64,000 nt of DNA, taken from positions 25,711-89,710 of IMG/VR virus record IMGVR_UViG_3300043410_000715; one strand, written 5' to 3'. Positions 1 through 9,228 of this stretch are shown piece after piece; position 1 is the stretch's first letter, and each line of letters opens with the position of its first letter. Below the pieces are notes generated by a model. It ran no database searches. It was not told the DNA's origin and saw only the letters and a list, made by a program, of their open reading frames with translations. The translations under genes were made by a program, and so were the position numbers. This DNA is from a virus. Taxonomy: Duplodnaviria > Heunggongvirae > Uroviricota > Caudoviricetes.

Positions 1-373
1 ACATTTTGTCAGACTCTACAAAGTCGTAATCACTTTTTCCATGATGATATAACTGGTCATAATCATCTTTTAATATTTGTTCAAAAGACCAAATCATTTT
101 ATCTAAAATTTCGTCCCAACGTCCACATGCAACATCAAATGCTTCATTGCGTGTGTCTTTGTAAAAATCAAATGAATCCTGTGCCTCATAATCTTCTCCA
201 CCAACATTGGTTAATTCACTCGGCACACCGTGCTTAGTTTCTTTTAACTGTAATAGTGCTGGGTAAATTATTAGTGCAAGGGTGTGATCCAAACTCCAAG
301 TATCAAACCCGTCGATCTGAACGTCAATTTTTCTACGAGAATGTTTAGGAAATTTTCCTATTTTTGCTTTCAT
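1..373 (-). CDS. hypothetical protein, 5' portion only (gene continues beyond window start)
   Basis: Minus-strand ATG at 373-371 opens a frame with no stop through position 1 (124+ codons, MKAKIGKFPKHSRRK...). Not in the ORF track because it is truncated by the window edge. Confidence 0.45.
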   Translation of the reverse strand, partial: MKAKIGKFPKHSRRKIDVQIDGFDTWSLDHTLALIIYPALLQLKETKHGVPSELTNVGGEDYEAQDSFDFYKDTRNEAFDVACGRWDEILDKMIWSFEQILKDDYDQLYHHGKSDYDFVESDKM

Positions 374-750
374 TGAACTTTGTATTCTTCTGATTGCCCG
401 TCAGTAAAAGTAAACACGCGGTCACCGTCAATCACAACTGCACCGATGATGTTTTTATATTCTTTGGCTAACTTAGCAAGTTCTTGCATTGATGAACCTT
501 GACAAATGAAATCTCTAGTTTCTTTGTCATATAGATATAACATATCATTTACTTTTTCAATTTCAAGTCTGCGAACTTTAAGTATCTTTGTTTCTCTCTG
601 TTCTTGTAACTCTGCTAGGTCTTTGTCTAAATCCATACCCAAACTTTTTGCAATTTGTCGTATATTCTTCCTCACACGCCAAATAGCAACTGATTCACCT
701 AAGTGAAAACCCACTAATAGGGCAATACTGCAAATAATAATAATATCCAT
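370..750 (-). CDS. hypothetical protein with N-terminal transmembrane helix
   Basis: 126-aa ORF with hydrophobic N-terminus (IIIICSIALLVGFHLG) followed by a charged coiled-coil-like region. ATGA overlap with the downstream gene. Confidence 0.5.
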   Translation of the reverse strand: MDIIIICSIALLVGFHLGESVAIWRVRKNIRQIAKSLGMDLDKDLAELQEQRETKILKVRRLEIEKVNDMLYLYDKETRDFICQGSSMQELAKLAKEYKNIIGAVVIDGDRVFTFTDGQSEEYKVQ

Positions 751-754
751 AGAA

Positions 755-1060
755 TTATTTATCGATAGTTAAGTTAGACCATTGTTTGAGTTTTTCAAAC
801 TTCTTCATTTTGGCTTCAAACAAAGCCTGATCGTTGATACCAACTTTCAAGTCAACAAGCAATTCAATCATCGCTTGAACATCTCCAAGCTCTTGCGTAA
901 GGCGATGTAAGTTCGTTGTGTCGGTGTTTGGAACAAGCTGGTCAGGACCGAATCTAAAACACTTGGAAATAACTTGTGCGGCTTCAATAAGCTCCTCTTG
1001 TAATATGATGAGAGTTTCTCGGAGGTCTTCATTCATTGTTGTACTTTCTTTCTGCGTCAT
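755..1060 (-). CDS. hypothetical protein, possibly MazG-like all-alpha NTP pyrophosphatase
   Basis: 101 aa with an EExxE ... ExxD acidic helix pattern (LQEELIEAAQ ... ELLVD) reminiscent of small MazG/HisE-type proteins. Weak call. Confidence 0.35.
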   Translation of the reverse strand: MTQKESTTMNEDLRETLIILQEELIEAAQVISKCFRFGPDQLVPNTDTTNLHRLTQELGDVQAMIELLVDLKVGINDQALFEAKMKKFEKLKQWSNLTIDK

Positions 1061-1151
1061 TGTAACCTAGTCTGTAACCAATTATTAATGCAATATACAT
1101 GCCAATCACTACTGATAGTAGTGTCACAATTACTGGTAATTGTTCAGTCAT
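1029..1151 (-). CDS. small hydrophobic peptide (about 40 aa)
   Basis: Internal Met of the 1029-1238 ORF sits immediately after the stop of 1148-1627 (ATGA-type coupling). Single TM segment LPVIVTLLSVVIGMYIALIIGY. Confidence 0.25.
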   Translation of the reverse strand: MTEQLPVIVTLLSVVIGMYIALIIGYRLGYNDAERKYNNE

Positions 1152-1627
1152 GCGGCTTTCTTTTCTTGTTGTTTTTTTGTCTTGCCTGACAAGTATTCTT
1201 GCCATTGCATCCATGTGTTGCCCTTCAAGAAACCCCAATCACGTTGTTGTGGTCCCATGAAGAAAAGGGTAGTAGCACTCTTGCCTTCTTCAAGTTCAAG
1301 CCAGTGAAACTCATTAGCACTACGCTTGATGATAGAGCCTGGGCCACGCCATTCTTGAAATTCAGCAATCTTTTTTCCTTGTCTATTAAAAACAGGAGTA
1401 TGTTCCCAGTAACCACCCCTGAGAACGATTGTCAAATAAGGCCAAGGGTGATCGTGTAGAATAGGTTCGTCACTCTTTACAATCTTGTGAAGTGTCACGT
1501 TGAAGGGTGCTACTTTGCGATCCTTAAACAATAGATAGTAACGATGCAAATAATCTTCGCCTGTAGTGCGATCGGGTACAAGTTTATATCTACCTAGCTT
1601 GACCATGAGATTGTGAAAGAAACCCAT
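1148..1627 (-). CDS. hypothetical protein
   Basis: 159-aa ORF in the same orientation as neighbours. No recognisable motif. Confidence 0.5.
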   Translation of the reverse strand: MGFFHNLMVKLGRYKLVPDRTTGEDYLHRYYLLFKDRKVAPFNVTLHKIVKSDEPILHDHPWPYLTIVLRGGYWEHTPVFNRQGKKIAEFQEWRGPGSIIKRSANEFHWLELEEGKSATTLFFMGPQQRDWGFLKGNTWMQWQEYLSGKTKKQQEKKAA

Positions 1628-1690
1628 TCATTACTCCTAAAAAATTTTTGATAGAACTATTATAACACAAAATTTATTTGTACATGTAGG

Positions 1691-1715
1691 AAAAGGGCAA
1701 CTCATTGCCCTTTTT
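1691..1715 (-). terminator. intrinsic terminator-like hairpin (AAAAGGGCAA-ctca-TTGCCCTTTT)
   Basis: Perfect 10-bp stem of which 6 are G/C, with A/T-tract arms. The U-tract is present in either orientation. Located between gene 1733-1984 and gene 1148-1627. Confidence 0.55.
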
Positions 1716-1732
1716 GCTCATCTCTCCCGAGA

Positions 1733-1984
1733 TTAGACTTGTGCCAATGCACGGTAGCCTGCGGCTACAACTTTACGGCTTGGACGACCCAATTCGTACT
1801 TAACAGTGATGTTACCTTTTGCATCTTTATGCTCATTAGCATAAACTGCATGGCCACCGCGCAAGCGCAAGTCACTGACAGTGGCAGTTGGGTTAGCAAT
1901 GCCAAAACGTGAAGCAATTTGTTTAGCGGTTAGCTTCTCACCGCTCTTTAGTGCCTCAACTAGGCGTTCGCTCTTTGTCATCAT
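1733..1984 (-). CDS. small basic putative DNA-binding protein (helix-turn-helix-like)
   Basis: ORF 1733-2083 trimmed to Met34 (MMTKSERLVEALKSGEKLTAKQIASRFGI...), which has an AAGGA Shine-Dalgarno 9 nt upstream. The AKQIASRFGI segment resembles the recognition helix of a wHTH. Confidence 0.45.
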   Translation of the reverse strand: MMTKSERLVEALKSGEKLTAKQIASRFGIANPTATVSDLRLRGGHAVYANEHKDAKGNITVKYELGRPSRKVVAAGYRALAQV

Positions 1985-2083
1985 TTTTGATTTCCTTTTG
2001 GTTAATTCGTTGCTCTCACAACGTATATAGATTATACGATAGTATTTTCTACTATACAACACGTATTGGACACCTTGTTTCAC

Positions 2084-2935
2084 TTAGATGTCCAAATACT
2101 TTAACTGAAACAAATCAGCGTGAGGATCCCATCCTGCGTAACCACGAGGATTGCACACAATGCGAGTTTCACCGATCATGTAGTCAAACGGATCATGTGT
2201 ATGACCGTGTGTCCATAACACAATCTCAGGGTGATCCATAATGAATTCACTCAAGTCACTACTATAACCACCGTTCATCAGGTAATCACTCTTGTATTTT
2301 GGATGCGTAGATTCTTTACTAGGAGCATGGTGTCCTACGAAAACAATTTTACGATCCTTCATATCAGGAAGTATTGCGTTTAGATAACCGATAGTTTGCT
2401 GGTGACGATACATTGCATGAGCAGGACGCAACTTAGTGTATCCATGTTCATCATTTTTGATGATACGGAAATCATTCATCATGTCATTGATGGCATGTAG
2501 AGTAAGAGGGTCACCCTTATTCATATCAGTCCACAATGTAGCACCGATGAACGTTACATCATTGATGACCTTTACATCACGTTCTAAAAAGTAAACGTTA
2601 TTGAATTGGGCACAAGTGTCACGTAGGTCTTGCAGACTTGCCTTCCACTTACCGTGATAGAATTCGTGATTACCCGCAACGTAAACAACATGCGGGAATC
2701 GTTCACTGCAACGTTGTAGGAAGCCACGAAATCTCATAGCCGCTTGTTGACGGGCACCTAAATTGATATAAGGTGCGTACGGATTAGTAACAGTTGGTGG
2801 ATCATTTGGATGCTGGTGCAAGTCCTCAGCAATCATAATGTCTCCACTAAGGATCAATACCTCTGCACCTTCTGTATTGTGAAGGTCAAGGTCTTGAAAT
2901 TCTAAGTGTAGGTCTGAACAAACTGCGACTTTCAT
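2084..2935 (-). CDS. calcineurin-like metallophosphoesterase
   Basis: 283 aa with motifs DLHLE (DxH), GDIM (GDxxD), GNHE, GHHA and GHTHD, typical of Ser/Thr phosphatase and phosphodiesterase families. Confidence 0.8.
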   Translation of the reverse strand: MKVAVCSDLHLEFQDLDLHNTEGAEVLILSGDIMIAEDLHQHPNDPPTVTNPYAPYINLGARQQAAMRFRGFLQRCSERFPHVVYVAGNHEFYHGKWKASLQDLRDTCAQFNNVYFLERDVKVINDVTFIGATLWTDMNKGDPLTLHAINDMMNDFRIIKNDEHGYTKLRPAHAMYRHQQTIGYLNAILPDMKDRKIVFVGHHAPSKESTHPKYKSDYLMNGGYSSDLSEFIMDHPEIVLWTHGHTHDPFDYMIGETRIVCNPRGYAGWDPHADLFQLKYLDI

Positions 2936-2938
2936 AAA

Positions 2939-3169
2939 TTACTTTACGTCAAAATGATTTTTTACATGTTCTATTGTTTTGCTAATCGTACACTCTACAA
3001 CACCCAAATCGTGTGTAGTAAATGCACAATGAATTGGTGTGGTCTTGATAGTGTTGATTACTTCTGCTAACAATAGATCGGAATACTTTTGCAAAAGTTC
3101 TCCGCCCACTTCTGGATAATGACTACCGCCCGCTTGTAGTGCTATCTCCTTGAATATTTCTCTTTTCAT
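2939..3169 (-). CDS. hypothetical protein
   Basis: 76-aa ORF tightly packed against the upstream gene. Confidence 0.4.
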   Translation of the reverse strand: MKREIFKEIALQAGGSHYPEVGGELLQKYSDLLLAEVINTIKTTPIHCAFTTHDLGVVECTISKTIEHVKNHFDVK

Positions 3170-3341
3170 TGATTTTTTCCATTCTTAATTTTCTACAACC
3201 CTGTTTTACTTCAATAGGAAAGTCAGGGGAAATTTCTACTAATTCACAATTATACACTATTTCATCCTTACGGGGAAGTGTAACATAGGAAAAAGAATAC
3301 CCAATAGTCAAACCTAAAACTATAATTATGATTTGTCTCAT
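3123..3341 (-). CDS. hypothetical small membrane protein
   Basis: 72 aa with an N-terminal hydrophobic segment (IIIIVLGLTIGYSF). ATGA overlap with 3338-3700. Confidence 0.4.
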   Translation of the reverse strand: MRQIIIIVLGLTIGYSFSYVTLPRKDEIVYNCELVEISPDFPIEVKQGCRKLRMEKINEKRNIQGDSTTSGR

Positions 3342-3700
3342 ATCTTTACTTCATTAATGTGTTTACATGTGTGACGAAATGTAAAACCAGGACACGTACA
3401 TGTATACTTATTGCCTACTTTAGTTAGGTAATACTTCTTTCCATTTGAACCCTGAACCTCGATAGCGTTATTCGGTTCTTCTTTCTTACCGAAATAAACA
3501 CTATCGGGTTCGCCTTTAGTTTTCAATAATTCAAACTTCCGACCGCGCATGTCGATGCGGATAGGATTTTTAAACTTGAATAGCTCTTTAGTACCTTGCT
3601 TGATGTACCCAACCATGAAGGACTTTTCATCATTGAGGTAATAAATGTGATTAGGTGCAGTATCACTACCCCAATTAGTTACCTCTTGATAGTATTTCAT
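3338..3700 (-). CDS. hypothetical protein with C-terminal Cys/His zinc-finger-like motif
   Basis: 120 aa. C-terminal CTCPGFTFRHTCKH resembles a SWIM-type CxC...CxH finger. Confidence 0.5.
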   Translation of the reverse strand: MKYYQEVTNWGSDTAPNHIYYLNDEKSFMVGYIKQGTKELFKFKNPIRIDMRGRKFELLKTKGEPDSVYFGKKEEPNNAIEVQGSNGKKYYLTKVGNKYTCTCPGFTFRHTCKHINEVKI

Positions 3701-3858
3701 CGTTCTTCCTTAACCCAAAACCAGCTGTAAATTAGAATAGCAACAGTTTGATTCCAACCTGTTTCCAACGCTTTCTCATAATTCGGAATATCATGCCATG
3801 ATTCAACTAAGAAGCAAGCCAGTATCATCGTCAATGAACAGATTATAGCACCTTTCAT
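3697..3858 (-). CDS. small membrane protein (53 aa, two predicted TM segments)
   Basis: Not in ORF track (below 60 aa). Its ATG overlaps the stop of 3855-4379 as ATGA. Its TGA overlaps the ATG of 3338-3700 as ATGA. Sequence MKGAIICSLTMILACFLVESW...VAILIYSWFWV. Confidence 0.45.
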   Translation of the reverse strand: MKGAIICSLTMILACFLVESWHDIPNYEKALETGWNQTVAILIYSWFWVKEER

Positions 3859-4379
3859 GCTGACTCCAACATGCCAATGAAACGAGTAACGCTAGGTGCC
3901 TTATAGCCGGGCTCGTCTTCTTCACGAATAGCATCACTCAAAACTTTCCACTCAGTGTCCGCACCTTGTGATACATACCAGACACCGTCTTGCATCAAGT
4001 AAAAGTATTCGCACCAAGGATACTGTTCGTACATTTCTTTGTCAGATTGACACACTTGGAATTCATTACCTTCCTCGTCACGGTCACGCTTATAGAATGT
4101 ACACCAGCCTTTATCTTTAGCGGCATTGTATTCGTCTTGGACACGCTTTTGTTCCAGAGGATCTTTGCTGTCACATTCGTGCGGGCTGAAGGGGTGCTTT
4201 TCACCGAGTTCTTTACCAAGACTAGACAAGCCGCCCATCGCAACCAGATGATTTGCTTTGCTAGAATTATAGTGCTCCAACAGGATGCGACCGTTGTGGT
4301 CAAGATAGCCGTCCCAATGACAGTAGACAGTTTTTGCTTTGTTGCCATGCATCACGCCGATAACTGAACGAGTACCCAT
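3855..4379 (-). CDS. hypothetical protein
   Basis: 174-aa ORF immediately downstream of a consensus sigma70-type promoter (4414-4442). Confidence 0.6.
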   Translation of the reverse strand: MGTRSVIGVMHGNKAKTVYCHWDGYLDHNGRILLEHYNSSKANHLVAMGGLSSLGKELGEKHPFSPHECDSKDPLEQKRVQDEYNAAKDKGWCTFYKRDRDEEGNEFQVCQSDKEMYEQYPWCEYFYLMQDGVWYVSQGADTEWKVLSDAIREEDEPGYKAPSVTRFIGMLESA

Positions 4380-4413
4380 TTTTAACTCCTGTTGTTTGAC
4401 TGTTTAAGATTCT

Positions 4414-4442
4414 ATTATATACCCGAAACGATTTATTGTCAA
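4414..4442 (-). promoter_or_regulatory. sigma70-type promoter TTGACA-N17-TATAAT (member of repeated family)
   Basis: Minus strand reads TTGACAATAAATCGTTTCGGGTATATAAT. The -35 is at 4437-4442 and the -10 at 4414-4419, about 35 nt upstream of the ATG at 4379. Confidence 0.7.
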
Positions 4443-4657
4443 ATTTTGGCGTACTCGGGAACCACAGATTCACGTGCGGACAAGATTATGTCACGGACAC
4501 GTTCACGGTCTATACTATCACCGCAAAATTCTTCGCCTTCAGGCAAGCGGCATTTATAAAGTTGGGTAGCGAGACTGATTTGGGTTGCAGTAAACCCATA
4601 CTCAGGATAGATACCATTTGGACCATAAAATTCAAGCATGTATTGTGTGAAACTCAT
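4439..4657 (-). CDS. hypothetical protein
   Basis: 72-aa ORF preceded by a consensus promoter copy. Confidence 0.5.
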   Translation of the reverse strand: MSFTQYMLEFYGPNGIYPEYGFTATQISLATQLYKCRLPEGEEFCGDSIDRERVRDIILSARESVVPEYAKI

Positions 4658-4685
4658 ACGAACCCTTTCAACTGAATAAGACTAT

Positions 4686-4714
4686 ATTATATGCCCAAAA
4701 TGATTTATTGTCAA
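4686..4714 (-). promoter_or_regulatory. sigma70-type promoter TTGACA-N17-TATAAT (repeat family)
   Basis: Minus strand reads TTGACAATAAATCATTTTGGGCATATAAT, upstream of the ATG at 4657. Confidence 0.7.
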
Positions 4715-4914
4715 CCTTTTCTGAGGATATCAAACACCTCATTCAAATAGATGGATGCTTCGTCATGCTCCAAATAGAAGTCGGTAGTAGGATCGTAGTA
4801 CTTTCCTTCCTTAGGATCGTAATACAAAACTTTACCCGAGGGGTATGCGAACGGGCCCTCAAGACCTTTGCGGGGTTTGTAGTCATGTTTTGGAATGAAA
4901 CTAATGTAACTCAT
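4711..4914 (-). CDS. hypothetical protein
   Basis: ORF 4711-4986 trimmed to internal Met (MSYISFIPKH...) so that it no longer overlaps 4926-5186. Confidence 0.4.
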   Translation of the reverse strand: MSYISFIPKHDYKPRKGLEGPFAYPSGKVLYYDPKEGKYYDPTTDFYLEHDEASIYLNEVFDILRKG

Positions 4915-4925
4915 AAGTATTACCT

Positions 4926-5186
4926 TTAAGCAATGTTGAGTTGAACTTGAAGACCTTCCCAAGTACCTACGAGACCCATAGCACACTGGTCTGCGGCACC
5001 TTTGCCCGAACGGGTGAATTCGAGGGCGTCAAGAGCCTTTTGTATTGCGGCGTTACAGGTCATAAAGTCACCGACACCGCTACGAATCTGTTTAGCAGTT
5101 GCGTAGAATGAGACACCGCTAGTGATAACACCACCACCGATGATAACACGAAAATTTTGGGATTGCTTGAAACGCTTGATAGACAT
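4926..5186 (-). CDS. hypothetical protein
   Basis: 86-aa ORF directly downstream of the promoter copy at 5214-5242. Confidence 0.5.
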   Translation of the reverse strand: MSIKRFKQSQNFRVIIGGGVITSGVSFYATAKQIRSGVGDFMTCNAAIQKALDALEFTRSGKGAADQCAMGLVGTWEGLQVQLNIA

Positions 5187-5213
5187 ACAAACTCCTTTTG
5201 ACTCAATAGAAGA

Positions 5214-5242
5214 ATTATATGCCCAAAACGATTTATTGTCAA
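5214..5242 (-). promoter_or_regulatory. sigma70-type promoter TTGACA-N17-TATAAT (repeat family)
   Basis: Minus strand reads TTGACAATAAATCGTTTTGGGCATATAAT, a perfect consensus -35 and -10 with 17-nt spacer. Confidence 0.7.
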
Positions 5243-5475
5243 CCGTTTTTTAAGATATGGAACGTGAGTTCAGGTCCACCTACAAGACAGCATTGTGTTG
5301 TATACTTTAGCATACCTTCTTCACGCCAGCGCCCTGCACCAATGGGAATGACACGAACCTGCTTAGGTGTCACTTTAATAACTTTCCCAACATATAGGCT
5401 ATTGTGATGACAAAATGCAACATAGTCATCAATTTTGACCTCACGTCCTAGTAAATCATTGTGGTCTGCGTTCAT
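5239..5475 (-). CDS. hypothetical protein
   Basis: 78-aa ORF. Confidence 0.45.
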   Translation of the reverse strand: MNADHNDLLGREVKIDDYVAFCHHNSLYVGKVIKVTPKQVRVIPIGAGRWREEGMLKYTTQCCLVGGPELTFHILKNG

Positions 5476-5476
5476 A

Positions 5477-6148
5477 TTAATATGTGTGTGAATAAACTAA
5501 AAACGGGGTCAATCCCAGACCATTTAAACGAATCTCAAGTCTACGCTTTGCGATATAGATATATGTTTTGCCGTACTCAGCATCAATCATGGGTATTGAA
5601 ATGCTACGCTTACCTTCTACTGTCATTTGAGAAACAAATTCAGCATCAGACAACGTGCTTTGTTCAACCTTCAACAAACAGTAGTAAACTTTTTTCGTTG
5701 TTTTCTCTCTAATGATTGCTAGCAAGTGTAAATTGTTTGTCCCCTTAGTTTTTTCAATCATAGGGTCAACAAACATTTCCTTCAACGCAACGAATTGTTT
5801 GCTCTCAAACAGTTTGCTAAAGCCATCATTTTCTTCTTTATTGTTTTGTAAAAAGCTAGCCTCAGTAGATTGCTTATCAGTAATCTTCCCTATACTAAGA
5901 CCCTTAACATCAAGATCGGCAATCGGGGCTTTAACATCAATCACATTCTTTCCAGCACCCATCCACTCTGCATTAGTGATGCTATCAGTAACAGCATATT
6001 CCCAAGTTTCTTTAGCTACCTGTATATCTCTATTCTTTGACAGAAAAGGAGCATAATACGATTGCATTTCTACGGCAAAGTTTTTGTTGAAGTCTTTACC
6101 GAGAATAGAATCATGGTCAGTGATGGGCACTGGTGTGAATTTAAGCAT
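5477..6148 (-). CDS. hypothetical protein
   Basis: 223-aa ORF. Its start overlaps the clpP stop by 8 nt. Confidence 0.55.
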   Translation of the reverse strand: MLKFTPVPITDHDSILGKDFNKNFAVEMQSYYAPFLSKNRDIQVAKETWEYAVTDSITNAEWMGAGKNVIDVKAPIADLDVKGLSIGKITDKQSTEASFLQNNKEENDGFSKLFESKQFVALKEMFVDPMIEKTKGTNNLHLLAIIREKTTKKVYYCLLKVEQSTLSDAEFVSQMTVEGKRSISIPMIDAEYGKTYIYIAKRRLEIRLNGLGLTPFLVYSHTY

Positions 6149-6734
6149 TGCGTTTTGTTACGATTTCATCAATCAATCCGTACTCTAACGCCTCTTGTGC
6201 TGACATGAACTTATCACGATCCATGTCACGTTCAAAGTCCTCGTATGTTTTGCCCTTTGAATTGTGGCTAACATAGATTTCAGTTAGTCGCTTTTTCAAG
6301 TAAGTGATTTCCTTGTAACTGATTTCAATATCACTTTGCATACCACGAGCACCACCCGATGGCTGATGAATCATGTGTCGTGCATTGGGGAGCATAAACC
6401 TTTTGCCTGGCGCTCCCGCTTGTGCGAGGAGAGAACCCATACTACATGCCTGACCCATAACAATCGTCTGTACATCGGGACTAATAAACTGAATACAATC
6501 GTAGATCGCCATGCCTGCGGTAACACTACCACCGGGCGAGTTAATGTACATAGAAATGTCTTTTGTCGCATCTTCACTTTCCAAGAACAATAGTTGGGCA
6601 ACAATTAAGTTTGCCATGTGGTCATGAACTTCACCCTCTAGGAGAATGACACGGTCTTTTAGAAGGCGACTATAAATGTCATAACTACGCTCGCCTTTAC
6701 TTGTTGATTCAACAACGATTGGAACTAAACTCAT
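6141..6734 (-). CDS. clpP: ATP-dependent Clp protease proteolytic subunit ClpP
   Basis: 197 aa with ClpP signature blocks ([30 protein letters not shown]), the Ser/His/Asp triad context and an AAGGAG Shine-Dalgarno. Confidence 0.9.
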   Translation of the reverse strand: MSLVPIVVESTSKGERSYDIYSRLLKDRVILLEGEVHDHMANLIVAQLLFLESEDATKDISMYINSPGGSVTAGMAIYDCIQFISPDVQTIVMGQACSMGSLLAQAGAPGKRFMLPNARHMIHQPSGGARGMQSDIEISYKEITYLKKRLTEIYVSHNSKGKTYEDFERDMDRDKFMSAQEALEYGLIDEIVTKRNA

Positions 6735-6760
6735 AACTCTCCTTAATTAGTGATACCTAT

Positions 6761-6790
6761 AGTATAACAGAGAGTTTTTATAACTACAAT
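6761..6790 (-). promoter_or_regulatory. candidate promoter TTGTAG-N18-TATACT upstream of clpP
   Basis: Minus strand reads ...TTGTAGTTATAAAAACTCTCTGTTATACT..., about 25 nt upstream of the clpP Shine-Dalgarno. Weaker match than the repeat family. Confidence 0.3.
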
Positions 6791-6802
6791 AGATTTGGTT
6801 AA

Positions 6803-8329
6803 TTATTTACGTGTGCTACGCATGCCACGTTCAGTGGGTTTATTTTGTGGATTAGTGATTTGTTGTGCGGCTTTTTCTAATCCACGGCGAGTTGATCTGC
6901 CACTTGATTTTGTAGCTTCACCCTTCTCACCTTCATCTTCATCTTTCGGAACTCCCTTACCTTTATCAATTTTGAATGTAAAGTTTCCTTTGATACCTGT
7001 ACTGTAATATGTTTTACCTGCTGATAGGTAAACACCTTTGATTGAGTCACCTGGGTAAACTGTGTCGAATTCACCTAGTGTCCATGAATCTTTATTTTCT
7101 TTTGCCGAAGTGTAAACTTGTACCAACGCACCGTTGTTTAAAATTTCGGCAGCTGCCTTACTAAAGTTTGTATGCTTGTTCACTTCGTCTGCGGCTTTGT
7201 GTGCTACAGCGGCAATCAAGTGATAGAATAAATTAACACTATCTGGGTTATCTGTACCACGCTGGTTAGCAAGTTTTTGTAAGTTCTTGCTTAGACCCAT
7301 AGTAGCAATGTGTGTTAAATTAACTGGACCCACACCTTTTAATTCTTCAATTGATTTTGCATCTTTCTCATCAATGATGCCATAACGCAAACCTAATAAT
7401 AAAGGTGATCCTGCTTGACCTGCATCTTTGATTTGTTGCAACATATCAATAACGTCTTTGTATTTGCTTAACAGTTTCTTGCCCTCTTTTGTTAGTTTCA
7501 ATTCTTCAATTGTATCTAACAAATTTTTAGCACTAGCTGTTGCACCCTTGCCACCTTTGGTACTAATTTTAATAAATTGTCCGCTATCATTAGTCAATAT
7601 ACTATCGCTTAAACCTGCTGTTTTGCTTTCGTCAAAAGAAATTAATGTGTTCTCAAATGAACCACCCATAAATTTCTCAGCGGCTTCACCTGCGTTACCT
7701 GTGTATTGACCTTTTTGTAATGCGATTGGTTGTAAAATTTCACAGAAGTAATCACGGAAAGCAGTAAAGCTATATCCTTCTGGTGTCGGGAACGTTACTG
7801 GTAATGGACTACCTGTCGCTAATCTATGTGCTACAGCGTATAGAGGGTTATCAGTACCCAAGCTCATTGCTAATTGGTTCATAACATCAGCGATAGTTAA
7901 ATCAATTCTATCACCTAATAAATCTTGCGGGCTTAAACCTGATTGAATTTTTTCTGCGGCTTTGCCTGCGTACTTGAAATCACCTACTTTATTTGCAATG
8001 TAATTATCCTTTATGTTTGGATTAATTTCTTGCAAATAACGACCTATAACCATATTACCTTGTGCGCCGGTGAATGTTGCTATACCGAATCCACCTGCTC
8101 GTGCAGTTTTTTGATTCTGCCAATCAATGTCGCCTACTTGTTGTTCAACGTCTGCAATTGCTTGGTCTAATTGTTCAGGCGTATATTTGCCACCACCTTC
8201 GGGGAAAAATTGAATACTCTGGAATACAATTTCATCACCGTGTGAGTTACGGAATAAGTCACCTGGTTTACGTCCTGCTAAACCGGTACTTTCTGTTAAT
8301 AGTTCTAGGTTGTTTAAAATATCACGCAT
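6803..8329 (-). CDS. hypothetical large protein with Lys/Arg-rich C-terminal tail
   Basis: 508 aa. The C-terminal 60 residues are highly basic and disordered (GKGVPKDEDEGEKGEATKSSGRSTRRG...RGMRSTRK). Confidence 0.6.
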   Translation of the reverse strand: MRDILNNLELLTESTGLAGRKPGDLFRNSHGDEIVFQSIQFFPEGGGKYTPEQLDQAIADVEQQVGDIDWQNQKTARAGGFGIATFTGAQGNMVIGRYLQEINPNIKDNYIANKVGDFKYAGKAAEKIQSGLSPQDLLGDRIDLTIADVMNQLAMSLGTDNPLYAVAHRLATGSPLPVTFPTPEGYSFTAFRDYFCEILQPIALQKGQYTGNAGEAAEKFMGGSFENTLISFDESKTAGLSDSILTNDSGQFIKISTKGGKGATASAKNLLDTIEELKLTKEGKKLLSKYKDVIDMLQQIKDAGQAGSPLLLGLRYGIIDEKDAKSIEELKGVGPVNLTHIATMGLSKNLQKLANQRGTDNPDSVNLFYHLIAAVAHKAADEVNKHTNFSKAAAEILNNGALVQVYTSAKENKDSWTLGEFDTVYPGDSIKGVYLSAGKTYYSTGIKGNFTFKIDKGKGVPKDEDEGEKGEATKSSGRSTRRGLEKAAQQITNPQNKPTERGMRSTRK

Positions 8330-8348
8330 AATGTGTATTTATGCGATT

Positions 8349-8840
8349 TTATGTTTTAAACAAATCTTGTGTCTTGAACCATTTGCGTTTACTGTGTGCG
8401 CTTTTTAGTGGAATGCCATGCTTCTTTAATTTTTCTCGGAAAACAAAGAAACTGGGACCATGACTCATAATAGGCTCTTTGCCCTTACTACGTCTTTGAG
8501 CACCCTGTATATCCCACTGATACTGGTGGCACATTTCATGTGCTAATGTTGATATTAACCAATGATGCGAATACCACTTGTCCATCAATCGTATTTTGCA
8601 ATAACTTCTACGACCGGGTAATCTTTCCCATGATGCATAGCACATACCCCAGTATTTCCTACATCTAGGAACTACCTCGATTTCTGGCATTTCTAGTGCA
8701 TTTTTGAAAACAGCTTTGTTTATCAGTCGGTATAGGTATATGACCTCATAGATATCAGTTCGATATCCAAGGCGTTTTTGATAACTAATGCTAGGGGGTT
8801 CTTCCTGCATCAAATCTAAAAGCACGTTTTTTCTGAGCAT
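8349..8840 (-). CDS. SprT-like zinc metallopeptidase domain protein
   Basis: 163 aa. HExxH motif in a SprT-like context (ISTLAHEMCHQYQW). Confidence 0.55.
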   Translation of the reverse strand: MLRKNVLLDLMQEEPPSISYQKRLGYRTDIYEVIYLYRLINKAVFKNALEMPEIEVVPRCRKYWGMCYASWERLPGRRSYCKIRLMDKWYSHHWLISTLAHEMCHQYQWDIQGAQRRSKGKEPIMSHGPSFFVFREKLKKHGIPLKSAHSKRKWFKTQDLFKT

Positions 8841-8907
8841 AATATTTTATTTAAAGATTAAAGTGACGTAATGTATGAGTAGATAAATAAACTGTAAGGA
8901 GAATAAC

Positions 8908-9228
8908 ATGTTAAACTATCTAAAGAAGTTGTTTGGTTTCGGTACATCTGAAACTGCACCTGAAGCACCATATAAAGTAGAAACGCCGGTTCAAGCTGGT
9001 CCTGCTAAATGTGGGTGTGGTCGCAGTCAGACAGGAAACTGTGTAGGTCTACACAAGTTGACCCCAGAAGAATGGGCTGTACACGCAGATAATCCAAACG
9101 CTACTAAAGCACCTGCGGCCGCAATGACAGCTAAGCCAAAGAAAGCTAAAGCACCTGCTAAGCCAAAAGCAGAAAAGACAGCAAAACCAAAGGCGCCTAA
9201 AAAGCCAAAAATGACCGTCGCAAAGTAA
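8908..9228 (+). CDS. Lys/Ala/Pro-rich histone H1-like DNA-binding protein
   Basis: 106 aa. AGGAG Shine-Dalgarno 7 nt upstream. The C-terminal half is AKPKKAKAPAKPKAEKTAKPKAPKKPK repeats. A CGCG motif sits near the N-terminus. Confidence 0.6.
   Translation: MLNYLKKLFGFGTSETAPEAPYKVETPVQAGPAKCGCGRSQTGNCVGLHKLTPEEWAVHADNPNATKAPAAAMTAKPKKAKAPAKPKAEKTAKPKAPKKPKMTVAK

Noticed and set aside
1660-1688. Possible diverged copy of the repeat promoter upstream of 1148-1627 (ATTTATTTGTACA)
   Set aside because: The -35-like TGTACA is only 13 nt from the TATAAT-like hexamer. Spacing is incompatible with sigma70.
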